Assembly: GCA_964584035.1 (NCBI GenBank)
Contig: CAZOYL010000018.1
Span: forward strand, 2,458 to 30,921
Direction: 5' to 3'
From: an uncultured Gemmatimonadota bacterium
GTDB taxonomy: Bacteria; SM23-81
Length of the DNA stretch: 28,464 bases
The notes beneath the pieces were generated by a model. The model saw only the letters and a list, made by a program, of their open reading frames with translations. It had not been told where the DNA came from and did no database searches. Shown in pieces: positions 9,601 through 19,095 of the stretch; positions within the stretch are counted from its first letter, which is position 1, and every line of letters begins with the position of its first letter. The position numbers were made by a program, and so were the translations under genes.

Positions 9601-10872
9601 ATGAAATCTTCTTACCAGAAGTCGATTCTTCCCAACGGCCTGTGTGTCGTAAGCGAGCGGGTTCCACACGTCCGCTCGGTATCTATTGGAGTATGGATAC
9701 GGGTCGGATCGCGGGACGAATCTCCCGCCTCAAACGGCATCTTTCATTTCCTCGAACACATGCTCTTCAAGGGCAGCCGCCATCGTAACGCCCGGCAGAT
9801 TGCGCAATCGCTGGAATCGGTCGGCGGCGCCCTGAACGGGTTTACCAGCAGGGAGCAGACCTGCTATCAGGCCCGGATCATCGACGAGCATATTCCCCTG
9901 GCTCTGGATGTCCTCTCCGATCTGGTGCTCAACCCCCGCCTGGAGCGCGGAGAGGTGGAGCGTGAAAAACAGGTGGTCGGAGATGAGATCAGAGATCTGA
10001 TGGATGACCCCTCTGACTACGTCGATGAGCGGCTGTCCTCGCTGGTCTGGCGCGGCCACACACTGGGCCTGCCGATCAGCGGAACGCTGGACACCATTGC
10101 CGGCATCACCTCCCGTCAACTGCGATCGCGTCTGCGGAGCTGGTACCGGCCGGAGAGAATGGTGGTGTCCGCCGCCGGCAATCTCCAGCATGCCCGATTC
10201 GCCGATGATGTTGAAAGATACTTCCGATTCAGCCAGAGGAAAACGACCACCGGGAAAAGAACACCCAGGTTTCCAGCCTCAGGAGACGTGGAGATTATTT
10301 CCAGAAAGGGCCTGCAGCTGCACCTCTGCGTCGGGGGATTGGCTTACCGCTATGCTCATCCCCGAAAGTACGCTCTCCTGCTGCTCAACACCATTCTGGG
10401 AGAAGGGATGAGCTCCCGGCTGTTCCAGAACCTGAGGGAACAGCAGGGACTGGCCTACATGGTACATTCTTATCTTTGGCTGGCCAGCGATACCGGCCTG
10501 ATCGGCCTCTATCTGGCCACAGAACCGGCCAAGGCAGCCCGGGCTATGCAAAGCATGGTACATGAGCTGGACGCTCTACGCCAGAGTGGTCTCAGCCAGG
10601 AAGAATTGGCACATGGCAAAGCGCAGCTCAAGGGTCATCTGATGCTGGGGCTGGAAAGCATGAGCGCCCGGATGGTCCGGCTGGCACAGCAGGAGATCCA
10701 TCTGGGCACGTCGGTCACTCTGGACGAAACCCTGGCCCGCATCGAAGCCATCGACGTCGATGAGGTCCGGCAGGTAGCCAGGGACCTGCTGCGGCGCGAG
10801 CGCCTCTCCCTGGCCGTCATCGGTCCGGTGCGGAAAAACCTGTTCAAGCGATCTGATCTTCTGGGCTGCTGA
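9601..10872 (+). CDS. M16 (pitrilysin/insulinase) family zinc peptidase
   Basis: Inverted zinc motif HFLEH, plus GSRDE, NGFTSRE and GMSSRLFQNLREQQGLAY. This family commonly follows pnp. Confidence 0.92.
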   Translation: MKSSYQKSILPNGLCVVSERVPHVRSVSIGVWIRVGSRDESPASNGIFHFLEHMLFKGSRHRNARQIAQSLESVGGALNGFTSREQTCYQARIIDEHIPLALDVLSDLVLNPRLERGEVEREKQVVGDEIRDLMDDPSDYVDERLSSLVWRGHTLGLPISGTLDTIAGITSRQLRSRLRSWYRPERMVVSAAGNLQHARFADDVERYFRFSQRKTTTGKRTPRFPASGDVEIISRKGLQLHLCVGGLAYRYAHPRKYALLLLNTILGEGMSSRLFQNLREQQGLAYMVHSYLWLASDTGLIGLYLATEPAKAARAMQSMVHELDALRQSGLSQEELAHGKAQLKGHLMLGLESMSARMVRLAQQEIHLGTSVTLDETLARIEAIDVDEVRQVARDLLRRERLSLAVIGPVRKNLFKRSDLLGC

Positions 10873-10899
10873 GGGCCCTTCTGGAGACGGGATGGAAGG

Positions 10900-12210
10900 A
10901 TGCCGACGGTCGCTTTCTACACTCTGGGCTGTAAGCTCAATCAGTATGAGACCGAAGCCATGCGGCAGCAGCTTGAGAGGGCCGGTTACCGGGTCGTCGA
11001 TTTCGGTCAGCCGGCCGATGTGGCCATTATCAATACCTGCACCGTAACCCACCGCAGTGATCAGCGCTGCCGGCAGATGGTGCGAAGAGCAGCGCGTCGG
11101 AAGACGGGGCGCGTGGTGGTGACCGGCTGCTATGCGCAGCGGGACGCCGAATCCTTGAGCGGAATTCCCGGGGTCGATATGGTCCTGGGAAACGGAGAAA
11201 AAGGGAAGATCCTGGAGTACCTGCGGGAGGAACGGGGCCGCTTCATGGCGGTAGCGCCGATAACCGATCAGCGGGACTTCCAGGAGATGGAGGTGGCCGA
11301 TTTCGCGCATCACACCCGGGCCTTTATAAAGATCCAGGATGGCTGTGACGGGGATTGCACCTACTGCGTCGTTCCCTCGGTACGTGGCCGCAGTCGCAGC
11401 CGGTCGATCGACCGGATTCTAACACAGGCCGATGAATTTATCCAATCCGGCTATCGAGAGCTCGTTCTCACAGGTGTCAACCTCGGCCGTTATCGCGATC
11501 CCCAGCACCCGGAGAGGGATCTCGCCTATCTGTTACAGCAGCTGCAATCGAATCGCCACCTGGGGCGTCTGCGATTGAGTTCCATCGAGCCGACCGACTT
11601 CACCGACCGTCTCATAGAAATACTGGGGCAGTCGGAAAAGATCTGTCGGCATCTTCATATCCCCATGCAGAGCGGGGATGATGATATTCTCCGGTCTATG
11701 AACCGTCCCTATGACTCCGCCACCTTCTCCCGCCTGATCGAGAAACTCAGCGGCGCTGTGCCCGGCATCGCCATTGGCGTGGATGTCATCGTGGGATTTC
11801 CGGGTGAAACAGACCGACAGTTCGAGGCCACTCGAGATCTTTTGCAAGAGCTCCCCATCTGCCGTTTTCACGTATTCAGTTTTTCCCGCCGTCGGGGCAC
11901 GCCGGCCGCCGATATGCCTGCCCAGGTGCCGGCCGAGGTCTGTCGCCTGAGAAGCCAGAGATTGCGATCGCTCAGCGGTCGGAAGTTCCAGGCCTTTATC
12001 TCAGCTTTTCAGGATCGTCGACTGACCGTTCTCACCGAGAGGCGCCGGGATCGACAGACCGGTATGTTAACCGGCCTGTCGGACAATTATATCCGGGTTT
12101 TAACAGAGGGATCCGACGAGGAGATGAACCACCTCCTGCCGATGATTATCCGGCGTGTGGAGGGAGATAGGGTCTGGGGACAGATGTCCACAGAGGAACG
12201 GAGACGTTGA
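10900..12210 (+). CDS. mtaB: tRNA t6A37 methylthiotransferase MtaB (radical SAM)
   Basis: UPF0004 cysteines TLGCKLNQYET, INTCTVT and TGCYAQ; radical-SAM triad KIQDGCDGDCTYC; RLSSIEP; C-terminal GLSDNYIRV typical of MtaB. Confidence 0.9.
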   Translation: MPTVAFYTLGCKLNQYETEAMRQQLERAGYRVVDFGQPADVAIINTCTVTHRSDQRCRQMVRRAARRKTGRVVVTGCYAQRDAESLSGIPGVDMVLGNGEKGKILEYLREERGRFMAVAPITDQRDFQEMEVADFAHHTRAFIKIQDGCDGDCTYCVVPSVRGRSRSRSIDRILTQADEFIQSGYRELVLTGVNLGRYRDPQHPERDLAYLLQQLQSNRHLGRLRLSSIEPTDFTDRLIEILGQSEKICRHLHIPMQSGDDDILRSMNRPYDSATFSRLIEKLSGAVPGIAIGVDVIVGFPGETDRQFEATRDLLQELPICRFHVFSFSRRRGTPAADMPAQVPAEVCRLRSQRLRSLSGRKFQAFISAFQDRRLTVLTERRRDRQTGMLTGLSDNYIRVLTEGSDEEMNHLLPMIIRRVEGDRVWGQMSTEERRR

Positions 12211-13541
12211 AATCCTCCAAAGAACAGCAAAGCTATGCCATCGAGGTTTATGGCTGCCAGATGAACTTCTACGATGCCGGCCTGATCGCCGGCATCCTGG
12301 AGCAGAACGGTTATCGACCCGCCGCTGAGATGGCCACAGCCGACATTATGGTGGTGAACACCTGCAGCGTCCGGGATCATGCCGAGCGTCGTGCATTAGG
12401 AAGGATTCGGGAGCTGGCCGGACTGAGAAAACAACGCCCTCGGTCCCGCCTGGTGGTCTGCGGTTGCATGGCCCAGAGAATGGGATCGAAATTGTTGACC
12501 CGGATCCCCGGGATCGATCTGGTGGTGGGCACCGGCGAATACCGCGCTCTTCCGGATCTTCTCCGCAGAGCCGGGCGAGGCCGGGCGGTGGCTACCTCCG
12601 GCTCCCTTGAGATGTACTCCGGGGTTAAATCTCCAAAGGCGCGCGAAATATTGGCTTTCGTGGCGGTCATGCGGGGCTGCAACAACCGTTGCTCCTACTG
12701 TATCGTTCCGCAGCTGAGGGGGCCGGCCAGGAGCCGTTCCCTGGATGATATTTTACGCGAAGTACAGCTCCTGACCGAAGAGGGGGTTCGGGAGATTACT
12801 TTTCTGGGACAGAATGTGAATGCCTATCGGGATGGTCGTTACCGGTTTGCGGATCTGCTCCGGCGGGCCGGCCGGGCCGAGCAACTGTGCCGCATCCGTT
12901 TCACTACCTCGCATCCACGGGATATGAGCGAAGGGATACTGATGGCCATGGCAGAATGCCCCGAAGTCTGCGAACATCTGCATCTGCCGCTGCAGTCGGG
13001 GTCTGATCGCATCCTCAAAGACATGCGTCGAGGGTATACCTCTGAACAATATCGTACTGTAGTCTCACGGGCCAGGGAACTGATCCCCGGGCTGAGTCTA
13101 ACGACCGATCTCATCGCCGGCTTCCCCGGTGAGACGGAAGAGGATTTTCAGCAGACGCTGGAGATGATGCAGGATGTGGAATTCGACGGAGCTTTTACGT
13201 TCCAATACTCGCCTCGACCGGGCACGGAGGCAGAGCATTGGCCCGGGCAGGTTCCCTCCGCAGTCCGTCATGAGCGTCTCGAGCGGCTCATCGACCTCCA
13301 GCGCCGGATTACGCGGCGCGTCAACCGGCGAATGATGGGGCAAACCGTGGAAGTGCTGGTCGAAGGTAGGAGCAAGAGAAAGGCGACCGAGCTCATGGGA
13401 CGAACGGGAGCGAACAAGGTGGTCATCTTTCCCGGCGATGCGGTGTTGGCGGGCCGGTTGGTCAAGGTTCAGATCACAGCCGTTGGGGGCGTAACGGCCA
13501 AAGGGAAGATGTTGAGGTCCGGTGAGCCCGTTTTACCTTGA
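12207..13541 (+). CDS. miaB: tRNA i6A37 methylthiotransferase MiaB (radical SAM + TRAM)
   Basis: Motifs YGCQMN, NTCSVR, GCMAQ, GCNNRCSYC, RFTTSHP and HLPLQSGS, with a C-terminal TRAM domain. TTG start overlaps the mtaB stop (TTGA). Confidence 0.92.
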   Translation: MKSSKEQQSYAIEVYGCQMNFYDAGLIAGILEQNGYRPAAEMATADIMVVNTCSVRDHAERRALGRIRELAGLRKQRPRSRLVVCGCMAQRMGSKLLTRIPGIDLVVGTGEYRALPDLLRRAGRGRAVATSGSLEMYSGVKSPKAREILAFVAVMRGCNNRCSYCIVPQLRGPARSRSLDDILREVQLLTEEGVREITFLGQNVNAYRDGRYRFADLLRRAGRAEQLCRIRFTTSHPRDMSEGILMAMAECPEVCEHLHLPLQSGSDRILKDMRRGYTSEQYRTVVSRARELIPGLSLTTDLIAGFPGETEEDFQQTLEMMQDVEFDGAFTFQYSPRPGTEAEHWPGQVPSAVRHERLERLIDLQRRITRRVNRRMMGQTVEVLVEGRSKRKATELMGRTGANKVVIFPGDAVLAGRLVKVQITAVGGVTAKGKMLRSGEPVLP

Positions 13542-13566
13542 CTTTCAACGAAAAGTTAATTATCGT
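13538..13566 (+). promoter_or_regulatory. Putative sigma70-type promoter for the lapA-lapB-TPR/SPOR unit
   Basis: TTGACT (13538-13543), 17-bp spacer, TATCGT (13561-13566), in an AT-rich patch overlapping the miaB stop. Confidence 0.65.
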
Positions 13567-13568
13567 AT

Positions 13569-13638
13569 GCCAGCCTATACTGGTCAATAAGCACTGGTTC
13601 ATCATCACTGGCCAGCCAAATCCGGCCAGCCTGTACTG
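13569..13638 (+). repeat. Degenerate 14-bp tandem repeat (5 units) in the lapA leader
   Basis: GCCAGCCTATACTG / GTCAATAAGCACTG / GTTCATCATCACTG / GCCAGCCAAATCCG / GCCAGCCTGTACTG. ACTGG and GCCAGCC recur at exact multiples of 14 bp. Confidence 0.65.
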
Positions 13639-13686
13639 GCGGCTTGTCCGCCAAGGATATTTTCAACAGGGTCAGGAGGTGCGGCC

Positions 13687-14007
13687 ATGTGGGTTCTGAG
13701 ATGGTTCTTTATCGTCCTTATCATGCTGTTGATCTTGGCATTTGCCGTCCATAACATGGACACAGAACAAGCCACCTATGTCAAGATGGGACCGAAAACC
13801 TTTCACGGTCCTCTGATCTATTTTCTGTTTGCCGCTTTCGTCATAGGAACTCTGGTGTGGTTCCTGGTGTCCGTCTTTCACGTTTTACAGTTGCATTCAA
13901 AGATCCATTCGGTGGAGAGGACCAATAGAAAGTTGGTCGACGAACTCACCGCCTTGCGGAACCTTCCTTTGGAAGAGGAGACACCAGAAGCGCCGGTAGA
14001 GGAATGA
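13687..14007 (+). CDS. lapA: LapA family lipopolysaccharide assembly protein A (DUF1049)
   Basis: Two hydrophobic helices with FAVHN after TM1 and a C-terminal coiled coil. SD AGGAGG. Directly upstream of a LapB-like gene. Confidence 0.8.
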   Translation: MWVLRWFFIVLIMLLILAFAVHNMDTEQATYVKMGPKTFHGPLIYFLFAAFVIGTLVWFLVSVFHVLQLHSKIHSVERTNRKLVDELTALRNLPLEEETPEAPVEE

Positions 14008-14048
14008 TGTCCGCTTAACCTTACGCCGCTTTTGGAGGGTATCGATCG

Positions 14049-15221
14049 ATGATCCTATTCCTGGCGCAAATATCATCCAAACCAGTGGTGTCCACCGAGG
14101 CCCTCGCCATCATCATCCTGACCGTCGTGGTTCTCGGATTGGCGGTCTTTGTGCTGATTCGATTCCGACGATTCCGCCGGAGATCCGCGGCCGAATCCTA
14201 CGTCGAGGCGCTTCGTGAACTTATTCGGGGAGACCAGCAGGGAGCGCTCCGGCATTTGAAAATGGTCGTGGCCCGTGAAACCGGCAACATCGATGCCTAT
14301 CTTAGGTTGGGAGATATTCTGCGAGAGCGGGGAGAGGTGAATAGAGCTCTGCAAATCCATCGGCAGCTCACCGTACGGGGAGATCTCAAGACCGGGGACC
14401 GCAAAGATCTCCTGAAGAGCCTGACCCTGGATTATCTTGAGATCGGACGGACCGATCGGGCCTCTGCTGAATTGGAGGAGTTGCTGTCGATCGATCGGAA
14501 GGATCTCTGGGCTCTCGAACAGCTGGTAGGGCTCCATGAACAGCAGGGACGATGGGCTCAAGCCCTGATCGTTCGGGAAAACATTTTCAAGATCACGGAT
14601 CAAAGAGACGATGCCCTGCTGGCTCTCTATGAGGTTCAGATGGGGCATCAGTTGATCTCCCAAAAGCAGTATCATAAGGCACGCTTGAAATATAAGGACG
14701 CCATCCGAAGGTATCGCCACTGTGCTGCCGCATACCTCGGCCTGGGAGATGCCTATCAACAGGAAGGGCATCTCGATGAGGCGGTCGATAGCTGGAAACA
14801 GCTTTTCAAGATTGTTCCTGCAAAGGCCTATCTGGTCTTCAAACGATTGGAAAAGACCCTTTTCGAGCAGGGAAAGTTTGGTGAGATGACCAGGTTGTAC
14901 CGGGAACTCCTGGAACGGGATCAAGATAATATAAAAGCACTTATAGCGTTAGCTAACATTCAGGAGAAAAAGGGTGATCTCCGGGAAGCACTCGAGACCT
15001 GCCGAAAGGCTCTTCAGATTCAGCCTGACAGCCTGACGCTTGGGAAGCTGATGATCACCATCTATGGACAGATGGGTGCCCATGAAGAGATCTCCGCCCT
15101 GCTGGAGGATATGAACCTGCGGTCTCCTGAGGAGTTTATCTGTCAACAATGCGGCTATCGCTCCCGGCAGCCTTTATGGCGCTGTCCACAATGTCAGCAG
15201 TGGCGGACGTTCGATCTGTAG
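14049..15221 (+). CDS. lapB: LapB (YciM)-like protein: N-terminal TM anchor, TPRs, rubredoxin-type metal domain
   Basis: Motif LGDILRERGEVNRALQIHRQL; C-terminal CQQCG...WRCPQCQQW; SD GGAGG; follows lapA. Confidence 0.85.
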   Translation: MILFLAQISSKPVVSTEALAIIILTVVVLGLAVFVLIRFRRFRRRSAAESYVEALRELIRGDQQGALRHLKMVVARETGNIDAYLRLGDILRERGEVNRALQIHRQLTVRGDLKTGDRKDLLKSLTLDYLEIGRTDRASAELEELLSIDRKDLWALEQLVGLHEQQGRWAQALIVRENIFKITDQRDDALLALYEVQMGHQLISQKQYHKARLKYKDAIRRYRHCAAAYLGLGDAYQQEGHLDEAVDSWKQLFKIVPAKAYLVFKRLEKTLFEQGKFGEMTRLYRELLERDQDNIKALIALANIQEKKGDLREALETCRKALQIQPDSLTLGKLMITIYGQMGAHEEISALLEDMNLRSPEEFICQQCGYRSRQPLWRCPQCQQWRTFDL

Positions 15222-15233
15222 AGGCCATCTCGT

Positions 15234-16274
15234 ATGAGCAAATTTCTATATTTTCGCCGGCCGGAGAGAGCGGCCGGCTTGCTTCTTATCGTGGTGCTGG
15301 CCACAGCGTTGACAGCAGCAGCTGAGCCCAGCCTGGAGAAGGCCGTGGAGCTCTACCGCAGCGGCGCGTTTCACCAGGCCCGGGAGCAGTTTGTCCTGCT
15401 TTTAGAGAACCATCCCGACGATGCCGATATCCTTTTCTACCTCGGCGAGCTGGAACCGAATGCCGATCTGGCACTGGCTTACCGGCAGCGTTTTTTGTCG
15501 CTCTACCCCCAGCATCAACGGGCCGATGAGGTGCTCTACGGAATAGCCCAATACCATTTCGCGGTGGGGTATTACCTCACCGCAGCCAAGGATTTCGAAG
15601 ATCTCCTGCGGGATTATTCCGGCTCCGGACTTCGGGCGGATGCTCTCTACTGGCTGGCCAGTTCCAAGCTGGCCATCGGCGCGGCTGATAGCGCGGCCGT
15701 TCATTTCCGGCGTCTCATCGAAAGGCATCCCAATTCTAGCCTCAATGCCTGGGCCGAGATGGGTTTGATCGATGCTCTGTATATGAAGCAGGACTATCCT
15801 TCGGCCAAGACCCGCTGTCAGAGTTTTCTTCAGAATCGCAGTACCAACGAGCTGATCCCGGTGGTTCTGTTCCGTCTGTTTGAGGTCCATGAGGCTTTGG
15901 GAGAGCGGTCAGAGGCCGTTGAAATCCTCAACCGGCTGGTGCGGACATACCCCGATACCTATCAGGGCAAACAGGCTCAACGCCAGTTGACCGAGTGGGG
16001 CGGTTCGGAGGAAAAGCCGTCGCCGGAATCACCGCCCGGCGGCGGAGACTATACGATTCAGGTGGGCGCTTTCAGCAAGAGATCGAATGCGATGAATTTG
16101 CAATCCCAACTGGGATCATGGGGATATGAGGTGGAGATGATCAAGCGAGCCGGCCGTCATCGGACCCTGTATCTGATCTGGGTCGGTCGCTATCAGACCC
16201 GGCAGGACGCGCTCCGCGTGGCCGAAAAACTGGAGAGAGACCGAGGATTACCCTATCAGGTGATACGACGTTAA
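15234..16274 (+). CDS. Secreted TPR (BamD/CpoB-like repeats) + C-terminal SPOR domain protein
   Basis: Signal-peptide-like LLLIVVLATALTAAA. TPR helices ending in YP/HP turns. Pro/Gly linker, then SPOR signature YTIQVGAFSKRSNA...VGRYQTRQDA. Confidence 0.82.
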   Translation: MSKFLYFRRPERAAGLLLIVVLATALTAAAEPSLEKAVELYRSGAFHQAREQFVLLLENHPDDADILFYLGELEPNADLALAYRQRFLSLYPQHQRADEVLYGIAQYHFAVGYYLTAAKDFEDLLRDYSGSGLRADALYWLASSKLAIGAADSAAVHFRRLIERHPNSSLNAWAEMGLIDALYMKQDYPSAKTRCQSFLQNRSTNELIPVVLFRLFEVHEALGERSEAVEILNRLVRTYPDTYQGKQAQRQLTEWGGSEEKPSPESPPGGGDYTIQVGAFSKRSNAMNLQSQLGSWGYEVEMIKRAGRHRTLYLIWVGRYQTRQDALRVAEKLERDRGLPYQVIRR

Positions 16275-16299
16275 AACTTCTCACAGATTGTTCCTGATT

Positions 16300-16332
16300 G
16301 ACGGCCTCAGGTGTGTTCGAGGCCGTTTTTTT
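16300..16332 (+). terminator. Rho-independent terminator
   Basis: Stem ACGGCCTC / GAGGCCGT with a 10-nt loop, followed by a T7 run (16326-16332), about 25 nt after the TPR/SPOR stop. Confidence 0.85.
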
Positions 16333-16385
16333 GTGTCTGGAAAACCAGCTGATACAAGGGGTAGAATATTGTTTAAAAGAGGCCA

Positions 16386-16433
16386 TTGAAATATAAAAAA
16401 TTACTTGACTTATATATTCCTTTATGATATTTT
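16386..16433 (+). promoter_or_regulatory. Putative sigma70-type promoter (UP-like element, extended -10) for the mutS operon
   Basis: AT-rich tract 16386-16404, TTGACT (16405-16410), 17-bp spacer, TG at 16425-16426, TATTTT (16428-16433). Confidence 0.75.
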
Positions 16434-16479
16434 GGTGGAGCTGAAAAAATACGCTTTTCGCCATTGCCGGGATGAGAAC

Positions 16480-19095
16480 ATGGCCAATATGACGCCCATG
16501 ATGGCTCAATATCAGAGCCTTAAGAAAAAACACCAGGACTGTCTGCTGTTTTTTCGGATGGGCGATTTTTATGAGATGTTTTACCAGGATGCCACCATCG
16601 CCTCCCGGATTCTCGGGATCACGCTGACCTCTCGCGCCCATGGCCAGTCGGCCAAAGTGCCTCTGGCCGGAGTCCCCTGGCATTCGGCCGACAGCTATGT
16701 GGCCCGTCTCATCAAGGCGGGATATAAGGTGGCCATCTGTGAGCAGATCGAGGATCCGTCAGCATCCAAGGGCATCGTCAAACGTGATGTCGTTCAGGTG
16801 GTTACTCCGGGAACGACCGTCTCGGAAGGTATTCTTTCTGAGGAGCGGAATAACTATCTGCTGGCCATCGATATCAGGTCTGGCAAGGCCGGGCTGGCTG
16901 CGGTGGATCTTTCCACCGGCGAGTTTGAGCTGCAGGAGGTAGAGCGGAACCATCTGGAGGGTGAGCTGGGACGGCTGGCTCCGGCAGAGGTTTTGGTTCC
17001 TTCCGGAGCGGAGTACGATGACCGGGAGCTGATCGAACGAATATGGCCTGCGGCCACGGTGAGCACCATCGAAGACTGGCGTTTTTCCTACGATCAGGCC
17101 TACCAGACATTGATCGGACATTTTCAGACCACCTCCCTGAAGGGTTTCGGGTGTGACCAGATGGATATGGCCGTCGGCGCGGCCGGGGCGGCTCTGCAAT
17201 ACCTCAAGGATAACCAGAGATCGGCCCTGACGCACATCCGGTCTCTGTCGACCGTCTCGCCGAAAGATTATATGATGCTGGATGCCACCACGGTGAGGAA
17301 TTTGGAGGTCCTCCAGCCGCTCAGGGAGGGGATCAAGGGGGCCACGCTTAATTCGGTTCTCCATCGAGTGAGGACCTCGATGGGGGCGCGTCTTCTGGAG
17401 CGCTGGCTGCGCAAGCCGCTGCTGGATTGCAGGCGGATAGACGAACGCCTGGACGCCGTGGAGGCGCTGGTCAACGATGCGGCCCTGCGGCGGGAGCTGA
17501 TGACGGCTCTCAAGGAGATCGCTGATCTCGAGCGGCTGGTCGGACGGGTGGGATGTGGCCGGGCCAATGCACGGGACCTAAATGCATTGAAGGATTCTCT
17601 TGAGGTAATTCCAAAGATCAAGGAAACCCTCAAGAACTCCTCGGCCGATCTGTTGAAGGAAACCAGAGAACAGCTGAGCGAGATGCTTCCGGTGGTCGAG
17701 ACCATCGGTTCCAGTCTGGTCGATGATCCCCCTGCCACGCTGAACGATGGCGGCTTGATCCGAGAGGGCTTTCACCAGAAGTTGGACGATCTCCGCCGAA
17801 TCAGCGGCTCGGGCAAACAGTGGATTGCCCTGCTGCAGCGGGGGGAGCGCGAACGGACTGGAATAAGATCTCTCAAAGTCGGTTATAATAAAGTGTTCGG
17901 CTATTATATCGAGGTTACCAAAGCGAATCTCTCAAGGGTCCCAGAGGACTACATCCGCAAACAGACCCTGGTCAATGCGGAGCGGTTCATCACTCCGGAG
18001 CTCAAGGAGCAGGAAGCGCGCGTCCTGGGGGCGGAGGATCGCATCAGGGAATTGGAATATCGGCTCTTCTTAGAGATCAGAGATGCCGTAGCCGCTGCCG
18101 CCGGTGAGATACAGAACAATGCCCGGCTCCTGGCCCGTCTGGATGTGCTGGTCTGTCTGTCCGTGGTGGCTGCGGAAAACGGCTATCGGCGACCTCTGGT
18201 GGACGAAGGCGAACAGATCATCATCCGCCAGGGACGCCATCCGGTGGTGGAAAGGCTTATTCAGGGAGAGGAATTCGTTCCCAATGATACCCTGCTGGAC
18301 ACCCACAGCGACCAGATTCTGATCATCACCGGGCCCAACATGGCCGGGAAATCGACCTATCTTCGGCAGGTGGGTCTGATCGTGCTGCTGGCCCAGATGG
18401 GCTCTTTCGTTCCCGCCGAGGAGGCCCGAATCGGCGTGGTCGACCGCATTTTCACACGGGTGGGCGCCAGCGACAGCCTGGCTACCGGAGAGAGCACTTT
18501 TCTGGTGGAGATGAATGAGACGGCCAACATTCTTCACAATGCCACCCCGCGAAGCCTGCTGCTGCTGGATGAAATCGGGCGGGGGACCAGCACCTTCGAC
18601 GGATTATCCATTGCCTGGGCCGTGGCTGAATACATCCACAACACTCCCGGACTCTCCGCCAAAACGCTATTCGCCACGCATTACCACGAGCTCACCGAAC
18701 TGGCCCTGATCCTGCCGCGGGTAAAAAATTACAACGTGGCCGTGAAGGAATGGCAGGATCATATCGTTTTCCTGAGAAAGATCGTCGCGGGCGGCTGCGA
18801 TCACAGTTATGGTATCCAGGTGGCCCGACTGGCGGGATTGCCGGCCGACGTCATCGCCAGAGCCAAGGAGGTACTGGCCAATCTGGAGGAGGCGGAGCTG
18901 ACGCCCAATAAGATTCCCCGCCTGGCCATAGGTCCACATGCGCCCCCAATGGCCTCTTCTCCACAGCTCAATCTTTTCACCGCCCGGGAGCACCCGGCCC
19001 TGAAGATTCTCCACAGTGCCGATGTGGACCGGATCACGCCCCTGGAGGCGCTCAATCTGCTCACTCGCATCAAAGAGCAGCTTGAGGAGACGTAA
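16480..19095 (+). CDS. mutS: DNA mismatch repair protein MutS (MutS1)
   Basis: Motifs TPMMAQY, FFRMGDFYEMF, GPNMAGKSTYLRQ, STFLVEM, DEIGRGTST and C-terminal clamp-type QLNLF. Start moved to ATG 16480 because the ORF-track TTG is the -35 box. Confidence 0.98.
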   Translation: MANMTPMMAQYQSLKKKHQDCLLFFRMGDFYEMFYQDATIASRILGITLTSRAHGQSAKVPLAGVPWHSADSYVARLIKAGYKVAICEQIEDPSASKGIVKRDVVQVVTPGTTVSEGILSEERNNYLLAIDIRSGKAGLAAVDLSTGEFELQEVERNHLEGELGRLAPAEVLVPSGAEYDDRELIERIWPAATVSTIEDWRFSYDQAYQTLIGHFQTTSLKGFGCDQMDMAVGAAGAALQYLKDNQRSALTHIRSLSTVSPKDYMMLDATTVRNLEVLQPLREGIKGATLNSVLHRVRTSMGARLLERWLRKPLLDCRRIDERLDAVEALVNDAALRRELMTALKEIADLERLVGRVGCGRANARDLNALKDSLEVIPKIKETLKNSSADLLKETREQLSEMLPVVETIGSSLVDDPPATLNDGGLIREGFHQKLDDLRRISGSGKQWIALLQRGERERTGIRSLKVGYNKVFGYYIEVTKANLSRVPEDYIRKQTLVNAERFITPELKEQEARVLGAEDRIRELEYRLFLEIRDAVAAAAGEIQNNARLLARLDVLVCLSVVAAENGYRRPLVDEGEQIIIRQGRHPVVERLIQGEEFVPNDTLLDTHSDQILIITGPNMAGKSTYLRQVGLIVLLAQMGSFVPAEEARIGVVDRIFTRVGASDSLATGESTFLVEMNETANILHNATPRSLLLLDEIGRGTSTFDGLSIAWAVAEYIHNTPGLSAKTLFATHYHELTELALILPRVKNYNVAVKEWQDHIVFLRKIVAGGCDHSYGIQVARLAGLPADVIARAKEVLANLEEAELTPNKIPRLAIGPHAPPMASSPQLNLFTAREHPALKILHSADVDRITPLEALNLLTRIKEQLEET

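Noticed and set aside
8779..9669. 296-aa antisense ORF over pnp, and similar long minus-strand ORFs (4325-5032, 10576-11313, 14073-14924, 20853-21731)
   Set aside because: They are shadow ORFs opposite well-conserved genes in a GC-rich genome, with no recognisable motifs.
13569..13640. Possible mini-CRISPR (two ~16-bp palindromic repeats separated by 40 bp)
   Set aside because: The repeats are too short, there are only two close copies, the intervening DNA shares the 14-bp periodicity, and no cas genes are present.
16405..16479. 25-aa N-terminal extension of MutS from the ORF track
   Set aside because: The TTG is the -35 hexamer of the promoter. Family similarity begins at ATG 16480.
16333..16479. 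AT-rich patch as a horizontally acquired island or insertion scar
   Set aside because: It is explained by the promoter and UP-like element, and there are no terminal repeats or mobile genes.
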